Source of the DNA: Octopus sinensis
Taxonomy: Eukaryota
Assembly: GCF_006345805.1 (NCBI RefSeq)
Contig: NC_042998.1
Span: 186,930,001-186,994,000 of the forward strand
Direction: 5' to 3'
DNA: 64,000 nucleotides
Both the position numbers and the translations under genes were made by a program. The notes beneath the pieces were generated by a model, which had not been told where the DNA came from, searched no databases, and saw only the letters and a list, made by a program, of their open reading frames with translations. Positions 37,701-50,699 of the stretch are shown here, one piece after another (positions within the stretch are counted from its first letter, which is position 1; the number at the start of each line of letters is the position of its first letter).

Positions 37701-38523
37701 ATTTCCATGTCCTTTAACACAGCACTTTCCATTGTCATCATCCATCAACACTTCAATCTCTTCTGCATACATCAACAGATGCTGGTAATACCAAGCTGCT
37801 TTCATGCAAGATCTACATGTCTAGACTATACATTCACTCTTAAGGTAACTTCCATGTTGTTTTCAAATACAACCTAACTTTTTCTTTATATTAAAAAAAA
37901 GAGTCAAGATTATTGAAAAGGTTGCAAGACGCAACGAAAATTTTAGGAGAATAAAAATAAGAAAAAAAGTGGAAATTTTACCGGTGAATGTGTTACATTA
38001 TAAGGCGCAAAAAGAAAATGACTCTCCCCAGACACAACAGAATTAAAAAAAGACATTTGCTAGTTTCTCTAGTTTTATGACTGCAATCAACAGCAGTCAG
38101 CTTTGACATGTTCACTTTTTGTGAGAGTAGATACTCACTTTCATAACTGATGTACCTGTTTATATTTTAAGAATTAGGTTGTGTACAAAAGCAAATTATA
38201 CACCTGTCTTAAAATAAATATGATCAGAAAAGTGCTTCAACCTAGTTTCTTACAACAGATTTTATGAACTAACCACTACTATAAAGTATTGATATTTAAG
38301 AATCCCTTAAATCAACAATAGTAAAGCATGGTTGTTCATAATCTTTTGAACCATTGTTTAGTTAGATTTTATTTGAGTTATTTTAATTTCATATTGCAAT
38401 CATCTGGCAATAAATGCATCTAAATAATTTTTGATTTAGTTCTACCTTTAAGATAATTATGAAACTACATGCAATTAATATCAGAGTCAGATATGTTTGT
38501 AAAGTTAATCATAATATGTAAAT

Positions 38524-39250
38524 CATCATCCATCATCATCATTTAACGTCTGTTTTCCATGCTGGCATGGGTTGGATGGTTTGACCAGGGCTGGCATGTT
38601 GGAGAGCTGTACAAAGTTCCAGTCTGATTTGGTTTGGTTTCTACAGCTGGATGCCCTTCCCAATACCAACCACTTTACAGTGTGCACTGGGTGCTTTCTA
38701 CATGGCACTGGTACAAGTGCTCTTCTTTACACAGCGCTGGCATGGGCACTTTTTATGTGGCATACTGGTACAGGTGCTTTGTACAAGGCATTGACACGGG
38801 GTGCTTTTGACATGGTATCAACACAAGTGCTTTTTACACAGCACCAGCACACTGGTGGTTTTTTACATGGCACTGGCAATTTTACGTGGCAGTGACACAG
38901 GTGCACCAGAGCAGGGCTCTTACAGACAAAAACCGCTTCAGCTGGAAACAGGGTATTAACAATTATGCAGTGGTCTTCTTGAGCACAGCAAGGTACCAGA
39001 TATCTTAGTCCTTTGTCATCTCCATAAGGTTCAGTATCCTGAGATCAACCGTTAGTCCTTTGTCCCATGTCTTCCTGGGTCTCGCTCTTCTACGAATTCC
39101 ATCCACTTTAAGTGATCGGCACTTCAGTATGGAGCTGTCTACAGGCATCCGCATTAAATGACCAAACCAGTACAATCTTCTCTCTTACACAATGCATCTA
39201 ATTCCTCTTATGCTTAACTTTTCTCTCAATACACTAGCACTCTGTCATAC
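38524..39250 (-). mobile_element. RTE LINE 3' end (ORF C-terminus + 3'UTR + (GAT)n)
   Basis: Minus strand LREKLSIRGIRC..ERRLYWFGHLMRM...RARPRKTWD (39060-39250), then the same 3'UTR as 11165-11512. Confidence 0.85.
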
Positions 39251-40395
39251 ATGACGTAAAAAAGTACAACCAATTTCCTATAGTAACTCCAAATGCTTTA
39301 ATAGAAACATATAGGGCTATAAATCTTTGAACAACAATACTGAATTGTTCTGACAACAAGTGTATGACAAACACTAGGGAATAGATTGACTGAGTTGCTT
39401 TAATGAAAATAAGATCTTAAATGTCTAGATACAAAGCTCTAGATTCATAAATGGTAAAAAATGAGAAGTTGGGGTATTTTCCAAAGGGTTATGGCAACAA
39501 CCAATAACTTTATATAAATACTATACTTTGTCATTTTAAATTTAAAGTTATATAGAATGTCACAACTTTGAAGACTCAAAGGAAATGATTTTAACTGAGA
39601 ATTAAAAGCAGGTTGTTCTTGTTTCAAGCACTTGTCAAAAAATTTTTCCAACCATAAAAATAATAGTTCCTTTCTAGGTGAACAGTATATATTAGAGGTA
39701 TGTATTTTACTGATTTAAAAAAATGAAAGTAAAATGGTGAGATTACATTTTTTTAAAATCTAAGTTGCTAAACTAGCATATAAAAACTAAATCAACAATA
39801 TTTACAACCTTTCCCAGATGACAGTTCTTATAATTATTCTGTATAACACCAGATCAATAGTAAGTAACCAATAAGTTTATTTCACTTCAATCCAAGACAG
39901 GTTTTTCTACTACCAAGTTAAGCTAATATTAAATGCAATAATTCCTATATACATGCATTACATAAGCAAACAGTCAAATGCTATTCATGTGTCACAATTT
40001 TAAAAGAATATAGGAAATAATTACAAAAAGGCAGAGGGTGGAATAAAAAGAAAATTAGCAATTCATATATCCCTACATTAAATAAAGTAACTAATTTAAC
40101 ATTGAAAATGGAGCAATTCAAGAATAAGTATTGAATATAGGACAATCATCAGCCTCTGCAAAGTCTCTTAGATTCTTTATACAATCAAAGTTTACAAATA
40201 ATTAAACACAAGGTCATTTTGCAGGTGGGAGGAATATAAAATGCCTTTTTTTATTGACATTGGAAGATAAAATATTGAGGTGCTAAAATTTGGTAACCAT
40301 AAAGTATTCAGACAAGCCATCTACATTATATGGCTCTGTATCTGGACAAACTTTTTTTTAGCGCAGACCAGGAGTTATCAATGCACACAAGTCAC

Positions 40396-40428
40396 CTTTC
40401 TCCAAGTCACTGACGATCTGGGGCACTG
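40396..40428 (-). CDS. Candidate 33-nt microexon (phase 1-1; NAGNAG acceptor)
   Basis: Minus: ...attttccaacactttgcattctgacAG|CAGtgccccagatcgtcagtgacttggagaaag|GTGACT; open frame xVPQIVSDLEK. Confidence 0.28.
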
Positions 40429-40519
40429 CTGTCAGAATGCAAAGTGTTGGAAAATATATGGCAAGGCATCTAGTCCTGTGCTCTAACATTTCCTTCACTA
40501 CTCTGGACTAATAATAATT

Positions 40520-40800
40520 TCTTAGATACACACAAGGTGAAAAATTTGTGAGGAAGGGACAGTTGATTATATACACCTGCCCACAGTATTCAAAAGGATG
40601 AAGGATGAAAGACAAAGCTGATCTCTGCAGGATCTGAATTTGAAAAATAAAAAGCCAAGGAAATTAAAATGATGGTGATTTTGAGCACCATAAGTCTACA
40701 AAATTTAGAAGGCAAAATCAGTTAAGTCAATCCCAGTGTATTACTAAAATATCTTTATTTAGTCTGGACACAAGAATATCAACCATGGTGTGATTTCTAA
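40520..40800 (-). mobile_element. Two degraded SINE (head type 2) copies in tandem
   Basis: aaggatgaaagacaaagctgatctctgcaggatctgaat and gtcaatcccagtgtattact motifs. Confidence 0.5.
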
Positions 40801-40879
40801 ATCAACATAAGGAGATGTAACTAAATACAGTAAGGCAGTCTACAGATTTTGAGACCCACTGTACAATTAATGATACATG

Positions 40880-41240
40880 AATATTATTATTAATAATAAT
40901 TATGTGGTGATTTGTTGTACTTGAAAAGACACATCAAGCTAAGTAAAATCGCTGCCTTCCACACATACAGGCTTGTCCTTTCAGGTGTCAGTGCCACAAA
41001 AAAAGCACCAATGCCAATGCTGTGTAAACACACCTGTGCTGGTGCTGTGTCAACACACCTGTGCCAGTGGCACGTAAAAAGCACCCAGTACACTCTGTTA
41101 AATGATTAGCATTAAGAAGGACATCTTGCCATAGAAACCATGCCACAACAGACAATAGGAGTCTGGACAGCTCCCAGTTGGCCAGCTCCATGTCAAACCG
41201 TCCAAGCAAGGAAAACAGACATTAAACGATGGTGATGATG
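40880..41240 (+). mobile_element. RTE 3'UTR/tail copy
   Basis: ggcacgtaaaaagcaccc core; ggaaaacagacattaaacgatggtgatgatg end. Confidence 0.75.
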
Positions 41241-41447
41241 AATTATAATGGACAGTTGTTAAAAGGAAGGGCAATAGTTTAATTGCATTAAACTATTATA
41301 TAGCTGATGGTTACTTTAACAACTCTAGAGAGCAGAAGTTGAGCCAGAAAAATTTCAATTCAAAATACTAAACAATGAAATTAAATACTATAATAAGACA
41401 TGGATAATAAAACAAAGGTGACCAGATGACCAAAATGTTGCCTTTAA

Positions 41448-41606
41448 CCCTTTAGCATACAGATTATTGTCAAAAGTAATGCTTATTTATCCACATGGTT
41501 TTGAATTAATTATGCATTAACTTGTAGCTACGAGATTTTGTTGAGATAATTTTTAGAATGATACTGTAAGATCTGGCTGGATACGGCCAGTTTAAATGCT
41601 AAAGAG
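41448..41606. mobile_element. piggyBac-type MITE (subfamily A, shortened)
   Basis: TTAA at 41444-41447 and 41607-41610; ccctttagcat / atgctaaagag. Confidence 0.8.
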
Positions 41607-43059
41607 TTAAGATATTCTAAATAACAAGCTAATTTCACAGCTCACAAGGGGGAGATGGAAAAATAGTAATTGACTAGTTTTAATCTTTACAATAATTATT
41701 CAACTCTATGTAAAACAAAAATATTGAATATTTTGCACGCTACAAAATTTGCATAATTTTTAATTATAATTATTAAAGTACTTTCAGTCAAACATTATTA
41801 AGCAGGATAGTATTTTATTTTCTAGTAATTAAATGTAAATGGTGTACATGATAAAAAATAAAAAAAACAATTGACTAAGACCAAGTTAAATTTTAATTGT
41901 CTCACTTAAAGAATTTAGTGGTGAGCACAGAGGATGGGTGGTAAAATAAACAGCAAAATTTGAACTCAAATTAGCAATTAACTGAACACATTAAAAAAAA
42001 CGTTTGGCTTACTAAAGAATTGAAGCTTAGCAACTCAAATTAAAACCAGATAACTGAAATATATTCACCAATTTTTACTCAATTCAGCTGTCTTTAAGAG
42101 TTGTAAAATGAATTAAGAATCTACATTTACTATCAATGCAAACCAAAATTACAAGGAATATATTTTGTTTTCAAAATAGAAAAGTAAACAGAAAGGGGGC
42201 CTTTCTAATTACTTTTGTTGTCAAATATAAGCTTGCCTATAATTACCTTTTCCTTTTGTGAGTACTTTACTGTTGCCCTTAAAAGAACCGACAAGGCTTA
42301 TTTATATATCATACTAGTCTGGATAAAATTTTTATTCCTAGTCTAAGTTATTTGTTTGTCACAACTGTTTATCTAGGAGCTTTCTCTAGTTCTACAATCT
42401 GAGAGTTTTCAAAATTTAACTGCTTAATTGTCAGCCATTCTTTAATTGGGTCAACTTAGAGTAGATATTCATTGTCCAATTTACAATCCTTATTTAGCAA
42501 TCACTCATAAAAGCATTTCCATTCACTCTTTTACTCATTATCACTATGTGCAAACATACTCCAGCCATTATTCATTCAGTGATCCAAGTAAAAGAAAACA
42601 ATTTTGATTTGAGAAGCTAATGACACAAACAAGCTATTTCTACAACTAAAATCAATAATAGAACACAAATTACAAGAAAATGCAGGAGCATACTTTTTTA
42701 TTTATTTTGCTAATAGCCAATTAAAAATCACTAACAAATATTTGCACATTAATTAATAGCTCTTGCATATTTAATAAGCTTGAAGTCTAATGAAAGTAGG
42801 TTGACATTTATCCAAAAGCAAGTTGTTGATAGAATCAATAAGCTAGAAAAGGTTCAATTCAAACAGAAACACTAAATAAAAGTCTCAGATTATTATCAAA
42901 ATCATAACATAAGTATTTAACTGAAAATGACACAATTCTTAGATGAAAATATAGAAACATTAAGAATCTACAGTTAGATTCTTAAACATAGCTAGAAAAA
43001 AAAAATAGTAATTACAATAAAACAAACTAATTACATACAAAGTAATTATAATAATGAAA

Positions 43060-44030
43060 CCCATTCTGGGTGTGCCCCAGGATGTGGTTTTGTACCCCAT
43101 TATATACACATCAATGACCAACTCATCACACTCAACAACACCCGACTCTTATGCAGTTGGTGTTACTCTTCATTCCTCCCTAATCTTTCCCAACCATTCA
43201 TCATCCACACAAAACATAGGCACCTCACACTAAACCTGCACTGGTTCCATAAATGGAATTGCCAAAATTATCCTACAGTGGAGCCATGCTAGTCTTGTTG
43301 CTTTCAACAAAAAAAAAAAACCCCAACATTTTTCATATCAAGAAGACATCATCACACCACACTCCTCTTAAACATATAAACCTTGCAACTAGTCACCTTT
43401 CTCTCTTTAGAAAAGCACGTCCTTAACACCACTAAGGCCGTATTTGCAAAGACTGGCCCTTCTCTTTAAAGTCAGAAATTACTTCAGCTCACAATTATTA
43501 ACACTCTACAAAGTTCAAGTGAAACTCACAATGGAATAATGCTGTTACATCTGGAATGGCACTACTGTTGCAGAGACATCCTCACCCAAAGAAAGACCAC
43601 TAAAATGGTTGGCACCAAATTAATTACAGATAAGCTCCAGTTCTAGCTCACAGTACACCAATCAGACAACTTGTCACCTACCACTCACATGGCATACTAA
43701 AATCAATCTTATCCTTATCATACTCCAGCCTTGAGATTTAAAGTGTGCTGTTTTCAGTGATTATAATGGCCTTTGCTCATTGGAGCTGGTGAGGTTCATG
43801 GCACCTCTACTCAGGCATTCCTGTCCTACTTGTCTCCTCTTCCCTTCATCCTTACTGTGACCAGCCATCTAGGCCCTACACTAATCACTATGATCAGGCC
43901 TTCCTTCCAAAAAAACTCAACCCCCTGGAATTTCCTCCCTGTTCACCTTTTTTTCTGCAAGGATTCAAGAGGAACATAAACGCCATCAATCTCACTGATC
44001 TAGGATACCTTGCAAAGATCATGGGCAGTA
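43060..44030 (+). mobile_element. CR1/L2-like LINE, decayed RT and thumb
   Basis: GVPQDVVL (GVPQGSVL), SYAVG (YADD position), LFKVRNYFSSQLLTLYKVQVKLTME*CCYIW. Confidence 0.75.
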
Positions 44031-44570
44031 CACCTTCATCCAGACACCAAACCCAGCAATTAGGGAAAAATCATTGAATGATGCCTTGATAACTATTATG
44101 TGCTTGATAACTATTTAAATGGATGGAAGATACAGGCAAAGCAGATAGTCAGGCATACCTAATGGGCAACTTGCAACAAGGCACTAACAGATTCTGTTGT
44201 TGAAGCAAGCATTCAACCAGAAAACAAATGACAAAGATGGTGGATTAGTGTAATAGATAAGATATGCAGAGGCCTATGTAAGAGGTGTGCTAATATTCTG
44301 AGCTACACAAACAAGAAGTATAAAGTGTTACAAACAGCAAGACATTGTGCTTGAACAAATAAAGATGTTATCTGGATAGAAATTTGTTTGAAATGACACT
44401 TCTGGTGACTGAAAACAAAAATCATAGCATAGACGTGTCAATATGAGACCTTTTTGAATAAGAACTCACCCCAACTCCTCCTCAAAAAAGCCAGTTGCAG
44501 AGATTAGTACATGCCTAATTTGTTGAATAAGAAGAAAACTGCAGTCCGCAGACCCAAAGATAGCTGCTGA

Positions 44571-45398
44571 AATATTGAAAGTTAAGTACTACTCCATAAT
44601 TGGCAAACGTTGTAATATGAAAGATGCATAAGAGATGGCAATGAAGCTAATAGATCATACTGAAGGGAGCCATAATGAAACTAGTACTACATCAAAAAAG
44701 TTTATATAATACAGTTTCAATTTGTACTGAGATTTGGGGGCACAGAAAGCATATTTCTAGTGATTGAGTTTCAATGTCTTAGATTAAAACGTTTCTTTTA
44801 AACCCAAGCAATTCTTCTTTGCCATTCATTGACCTGAGAACACAATTACTAGAGGCCCACATTTTAGTTTGAATATTGAAAGTTAAGTACTACTCCATAA
44901 TTGGCAAACGTTGTAATATGAAAGATGTATAAGAGATGGTAATTAAGCTAATGGACCAGTACTGAAGGGAGCCATAATGAAACTAGTACTACATCAGAAA
45001 AGTTTATATAATACAGTTTCAATTTGTACTGAGATTTGGGAGCACAGAAAGCATATTTCTCGTGATTAAGTTTCAATATCTTAGATTAAAAAGTTTCTTT
45101 TAACCCTTTAGTGTTCAGATTATTCTGTCAAATGTGATGTTTGTTTGTTTATATTGTTTTGAATTAATCATGTATTATCTTGTAGTTTAGAGATTTCAGT
45201 GATGTGATTTTTTAGTTTTAGAATGACATGGAAGGGCTGAGGTGAGAGGCGAGATCTGGTCAGTTTCAATATAAAACAGTTACATATTTTGGCCGGATAT
45301 GGCCGGTTTGAATGCTAAAGGGTTAAACCCAAGCAATTCTTCTTTGCCATTCATTGACCTGAGAACACAATTACCAAAGGCCCACATTTTAGTTTGAA
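44571..45398. repeat. Direct tandem duplication, 301-bp unit (copy 1 44571-44871; copy 2 44872-45398 including MITE)
   Basis: Near-identical sequence starting aatattgaaagttaagtactactcc in both copies. Confidence 0.95.
45104..45322. mobile_element. piggyBac-type MITE (subfamily A) with demonstrable TTAA TSD
   Basis: TTAA at 45100-45103 and 45323-45326; TIR ccctttagtgttca / tgaatgctaaaggg (12/14); the empty site with a single TTAA is in duplicate copy 1 at 44798-44801. Confidence 0.95.
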
Positions 45399-45978
45399 AG
45401 GTACAAGGAAAGTTATCAATGTGTAGATGAATTGTTTAAGAGACCAATTCAGTAAAGAATTTAGTGTACATTTTGGTGTCCAGGGGGAGTGGGGAGCTTT
45501 GTTCTTAGCTCTCTTCTCATTGAGGTTCTGGCAGTAATAACATTGGAATTCACAAATAAATGTCCTTGGAAACTGTATATGCTGATGACCTGGTTCTTAA
45601 AGTAAATCTGTTTAAGAGCTGCAAGAAAACTCAAAAGCTAAAACAGTCAAATTCAAAACCCCTCAAGGACACGATAAAAATTAAAATAATAAAGAATAAC
45701 TGAATACCAAAACCATTTATTAAGTAGCCTTACTAAATATATAAAATGGAGTGGAAACTGTTACTGTGTACTCAATTCAAGCAATAGATAGACAAATGTT
45801 GCAATGGGTTCCCTGACAAATTGACAAAGAACCAAGGCTAAATTTATAAATATAGTTGGAACACAACTCCAACTTCAGTAATGTAATTAGCGAAGGTACT
45901 TGTAAAGAATTGAAGCAAATCAGGGAATTGTAGCTTCTGTTGGTCTCTCCATCACAAAGACAAATTGTATGAGTATAA

Positions 45979-46362
45979 TCATCATCATCATCGTTTAACG
46001 TCCGTTTTCCGCGCTAGCAAGAGGTGGACGGTTCGACCGGGGTCCGGGAAGCCAGGGACTGCACCAGGCTCCAGTCTGATCTGGCAGTGTTTCTACAGCT
46101 GGATGCCCTTCCTAACGCCAACCACTCCGCGAGTGTAGTGGGTGCTTTTTACGTGCCACCTGCACAGGTGCCTGGGGAGTCTGGCATTGGCCACGATCGG
46201 TTGGTGCTTTTAACATGCCACCGGCACGGAAGCCAGATTCGGATGGTGCTTTTTATGTGCCACCAGCACAGAAGCCAGTCGAGGCGGGGCGGGGCTGGCA
46301 TCGGCCACGTTCAAATGGTGCTTTTTATGTGCCACCGGCACAGAAGCCAGTCGAGGCGGCTA
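45979..46362 (-). mobile_element. Young-looking RTE 3'UTR/tail copy with four minisatellite cores
   Basis: (CAT)n cgtttaacgtccg...; ggtgctttt cores at 46141, 46203, 46245, 46317; CpGs largely retained. Confidence 0.85.
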
Positions 46363-47709
46363 TTGTGAATATAATAATGCTTAAGTCATTTAAGCAGTAA
46401 AGTTTTTTTGTAACTTTCCCAACAATCTTTTAACTCATTTTTAATACATTCTCTTTGTTTATAATTCTTTAGAAGAGGTAGGATATAATTTCTATTAATA
46501 TTTTAATCAATAGCCATTCTTTTTATTATTTCTGTTCTATCAAAACAGTTCTCAAATCTGATAATTGGCAACTTTCCCAATTTTTTTTTAACTGACTTTA
46601 TTAATTCCTTTGGATAAGTAAAATTAATTCTTAACATTTACATTCTTTAGTCTAATTTCATATTTTTATTTTAATGTGAAAATATGTATTTATACTAATT
46701 TCTATTTGTATTTTTTAAATTCCTGAAAGTTTGATAAATAGTGAAACAAAACTAAGATTCATCCAGGCAATATCTTGTTTTTATTTGCCCCTTATCAATA
46801 TAAATCTTTGGATATAGATTGTACTATTATTCAACGGTACATATAATAAATGAAACATGAATCCACAAAACTGAGCCTATTCAGCTAAGATAAAATTTCA
46901 AAACAAACCTAAGGATCCTAAGCAGCCTAATTCAAAGGAATCTTGTTTGGTAGAGTTATGTTTAGATAATGGTGATACACAAAAAATAAAAGTCTTGATT
47001 TGAAGAACAAACTCATTATCCAACGATGTTAACTGAGAATAAGAACTCTATCCCTAAGAAGTGTGTTTCTAGTGAAGCATTATTCCTTATTTCAATAGAA
47101 GCAAGTGTCTAAGAAATACAAAGATAAAAACAAATAAATTTTTTAAAATCACACCTGATAGAGAAAGAACAACTTTTAGGAAAACACTTCATGTCTACTA
47201 CAGATGTGTTTACATCAAAAGTGGATTTATTAGTCACTAGAGATAGCAAAGGTATGCAAACTAACTTAAGTCAAAATGGAAACTATGGCTACAATAACAA
47301 TTTTTATTCTAAAACTATTTGAGACAGAACAAAGATGAGTTGAAGAACAAGATTCTGAGAGATTAACAGTAAGTTTAAAGAATTTGAGATAAGAATACTC
47401 AAGAACTGCAGAAGTGAGAAAATGGTTTACATAAAATGGTTGTACTAAGTGAGAGCTAGAGAAGTTGCAAGAAACATAATGATAATATTACACTGTCTTT
47501 CTTCTACTTTTTATAAATCTTCTTGTGAAATTGAGCTGGATCTTGGCATCTGCTTTAACTTATTTAATGTTACCAAGTAAGTTGGAGTACATTTCAAGGT
47601 CTAGCACAGTTTATCACATGCAATCAAGGATACCAGTAATTTAAGGAGTAACACCGTCCTATATATGAGACCCATTCTCTAAAGCATGATCTATTGGGAT
47701 CCTTTAGAG

Positions 47710-47928
47710 CAGTGCTTTTCAACCTTTTTGCTGGAGCGGAACCCCAAGGAAACATTCCACTGGCTCGAGGAGCCCCTGTGCAATAATTTAATTGTCTTAT
47801 GCACACATATCTGCACAGGAGAATTAAAAATTACTGCCGATTTTAGCAGTTTTGTAACTTCTTGCGGAACCCCTGGACTGTACTGGTGGAACCCTAAGGT
47901 TCCGCGGAACCCTGGTTGAAAACCACTG
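47710..47928. mobile_element. hAT (Buster-type) MITE, 219 bp
   Basis: Perfect 8-bp TSD CTTTAGAG (47702-47709, 47929-47936) with central TA; 15-bp TIR CAGTGCTTTTCAACC / GGTTGAAAACCACTG (14/15); internal GGAACCC motifs and palindrome GGTTCCGCGGAACC. Confidence 0.95.
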
Positions 47929-49619
47929 CTTTAGAGAATCAACAGTCACCTAAGACTGGTGTATTTTTCTACCAAAACTGCATAAAAGCATCTTAACCTT
48001 CCAGTTAAGAATACAAATGTAGTGGAAATTGGACACCAATAGACTTTTAGTGAGGGATGGCAGTTGATTGCGAAAATGTTATATTGTAAGTCATTCTTTA
48101 AATAAATGTTGTCTATGCTTATATCATATGTTACCAAAATGATCAAATACCCATGGAAAAAAAAAAGAGTGAGAATCCTCAGAGATGTGGGCATTATATA
48201 AAAACCACTGATACTGGCAGAGGCAAAATAGCAAGATATTTCAAACAATTAAAAAAAAATATTACAAAGCAACATCAGTAGAAAAAAATACTGCTAGTTA
48301 AGAACAAGGAAGGAAATAGGATATACTAACATATACATCATAAAACTTTAAAATAATAATTTAAGTAAAAGTATCTTAATAAGAAGGCAACAGTACCAAA
48401 TAGCAATTTGATGCAGAGGTACAAAATATAAATTAAAATGTTCACTAATTTTAAGTTCTATTTGCTTGAGACATGCACAGAAAATGCATACTATCTAAAG
48501 CCAACAGTGCTAAGAATCATCTCAGGAGGTAATGATTCTTAATTTCTTAAGAGCAAAAATTAATATCACTTAAAATTGTTCAGTAATTTAGATAGATTTA
48601 ATAATCAATCATCAACAGAAAATTTGATCTTGTTTCTACGACAGAAAATTTTATTTCATACAATTAAATATTGCAGCAAAACACAAGTCTTTATGATGCA
48701 TTTTATTGCTCCTTATATCAAATAAAACCTACTATGAAAAATGCAAATGTAATAGTTTAAATATAAAGAGCAAAACATCAATGTAAGGCATGATGTATTG
48801 ACATAAACTAAGCCATTTGAAGCATAAAGAATACTTAAACCACTTCAGGTATTACACCACAACACTTCCTCAACACCATATTATACCATACTGGACTCTT
48901 CACAAGGTACACATGGACATTCTCAGGATACTGTTCACATATTTGAGATGGTGCAGCTGCTTCACCACAAACATTAGGAACCAAATCCAAAGGCCAACCA
49001 ACTAATGAGCAAATCTGACTTGCATTGATGTTTTCCATTTCATCTACAGCAGTCCATAATTTTCTATACTATTAAGATAAATACCACATCAACCCAAACC
49101 AGACCAAGGCATCCCCACACCACCCCACCTATCATCTCTTCCCTTCTGCATCTCACCCACCAAAACAAAAAGTAAACATTTGACTTAAATAATTCCTCCA
49201 CATAGCTATAACTTCCTGGAATTCACTCCTTGTCCAAGTTTACCATATATTTCATTCTACAGAAATTTAAACTGAATATCAACAATATTAATTTCACCAG
49301 ACTGGAAGGGTACAGCATATCCTTCTTCAGACTAAATTTCCAAAAATTACAAAATAATGATAACGATCATCTCAGAGCTATCACAATTAATATCTCAAAA
49401 TAGATCTATGCTATAAACCTATTTAAACAACAACAATTTCATGTCCATTTATTCTGGCCAGTACAGACTGGACAAGATTTTAGCAGCTATAAGAAGTTAG
49501 GGTTTAAGGGAAACATTACAATATATCAACATTATGCAAAGCTTTCCAAAATATGGGCATTTGACAGGTTTTGTCATCTGAATATCTAGAAGAGTCATTT
49601 TGAATGGGTTTTGTCTGGA

Positions 49620-49925
49620 TGAAGGCTCTGTCTCTATGGACTTCACATGTTCTTCAAGTCTAACACAGTTGATGTTCTGGAACAACCATAAGTTGACAGT
49701 TGCAAGGAGGGAATTCCAAGGGTGAGAGGAACTAACAGTTTGAAGTGAAAGGACTAGGGTAAAATAGTCAGAGTAGTTATGACAAAAGGAGAGAAACAAG
49801 TGAGTCATGTGGGCCTGGGTGAATGTGATTAAGTGCAGCCAAGAGCAGGGTCCACTAAGGTAACAGTAGAAAAAGTAGAGTGAAAAGCAGCAAATCAGTG
49901 GGCCAGAGGAGAAACTCAATGAACC
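49620..49925 (-). mobile_element. CR1/L2-like LINE 3' fragment
   Basis: Reverse complement homologous to 43700-43980 (post-thumb region). Confidence 0.5.
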
Positions 49926-50699
49926 ATAATCACACACATGGACACACACATAGAGCGATTCATGATCCAATTACTAGTTTGTTGAAAACTTCAGCTAAGT
50001 AAAATTGCCTTCATGGTTAAGTGGCTAACATTAGCAAGAATATTATAAGAAAGAAAAAATGCCTAAAGAATTCCTGTGTATATCAAAATTTGTAAAACAA
50101 TCCAACATATACTAACCTGGGAATATCAATGTAAAAAAAACATAAAAAAATCTAGTACATGAAGTTTACCACATTCACAATGTATCTATGTTTGTACTAC
50201 AAACATTAGGAATGGTGCCAGATATCACCATCAAATAAAACTCATGCCAGCATGAAAGAGTAGATCTTAAAATGGCAATGATGAAAATATTCAACTGATG
50301 ATTAATTATTTAAATATATAACCCCAGAGTAACAATCATAACAATTTTCATTTTGAAATTTATTTCACTAGAATGCTTTTTATGTAACTGACATAAAGAT
50401 TTATATTTTTTCATAAATCTTTCAAAAGAACATTTGTAAAAAATTTGTAAAACTTGCTAGTCTTTAGTACGGATATGTAACAGATTACCATGAAAACGCT
50501 GTACAACATTCTTGTACATAAAAATGTGAAGGTAGTAAAAACAGATTTTATAGAGTCATAGTAAAAATATGAAAACAACAAGCCTTAAAACATTTCTGAA
50601 GGTCTTGTTACAATGTTTATCCTAACTGAAAAATATAAGAGTTAGGAGAAGAGACTGAGAAGAAAGACTGTAGCAACAAGTTTTGTAAACTTGGTTTCA

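Larger units (their letters stand above)
44100..45680 (+). mobile_element. Heavily decayed RTE LINE carrying a 301-bp tandem duplication and nested MITE
   Basis: PKIAAEILKV (GPSGITAEMLK position), SKEFSV..GV, CPWKL/YADDLVL at ~45560-45600. Confidence 0.6.

Noticed and set aside
38139-38155. 17-nt minus-strand microexon with GTGAGT donor
   Set aside because: Not a multiple of 3 and the acceptor is purine-rich.
46141-46362. Repeat-spacer pattern suggestive of a CRISPR array
   Set aside because: Eukaryotic context, spacers are related to each other and vary in length, and the repeat is part of an RTE 3'UTR.
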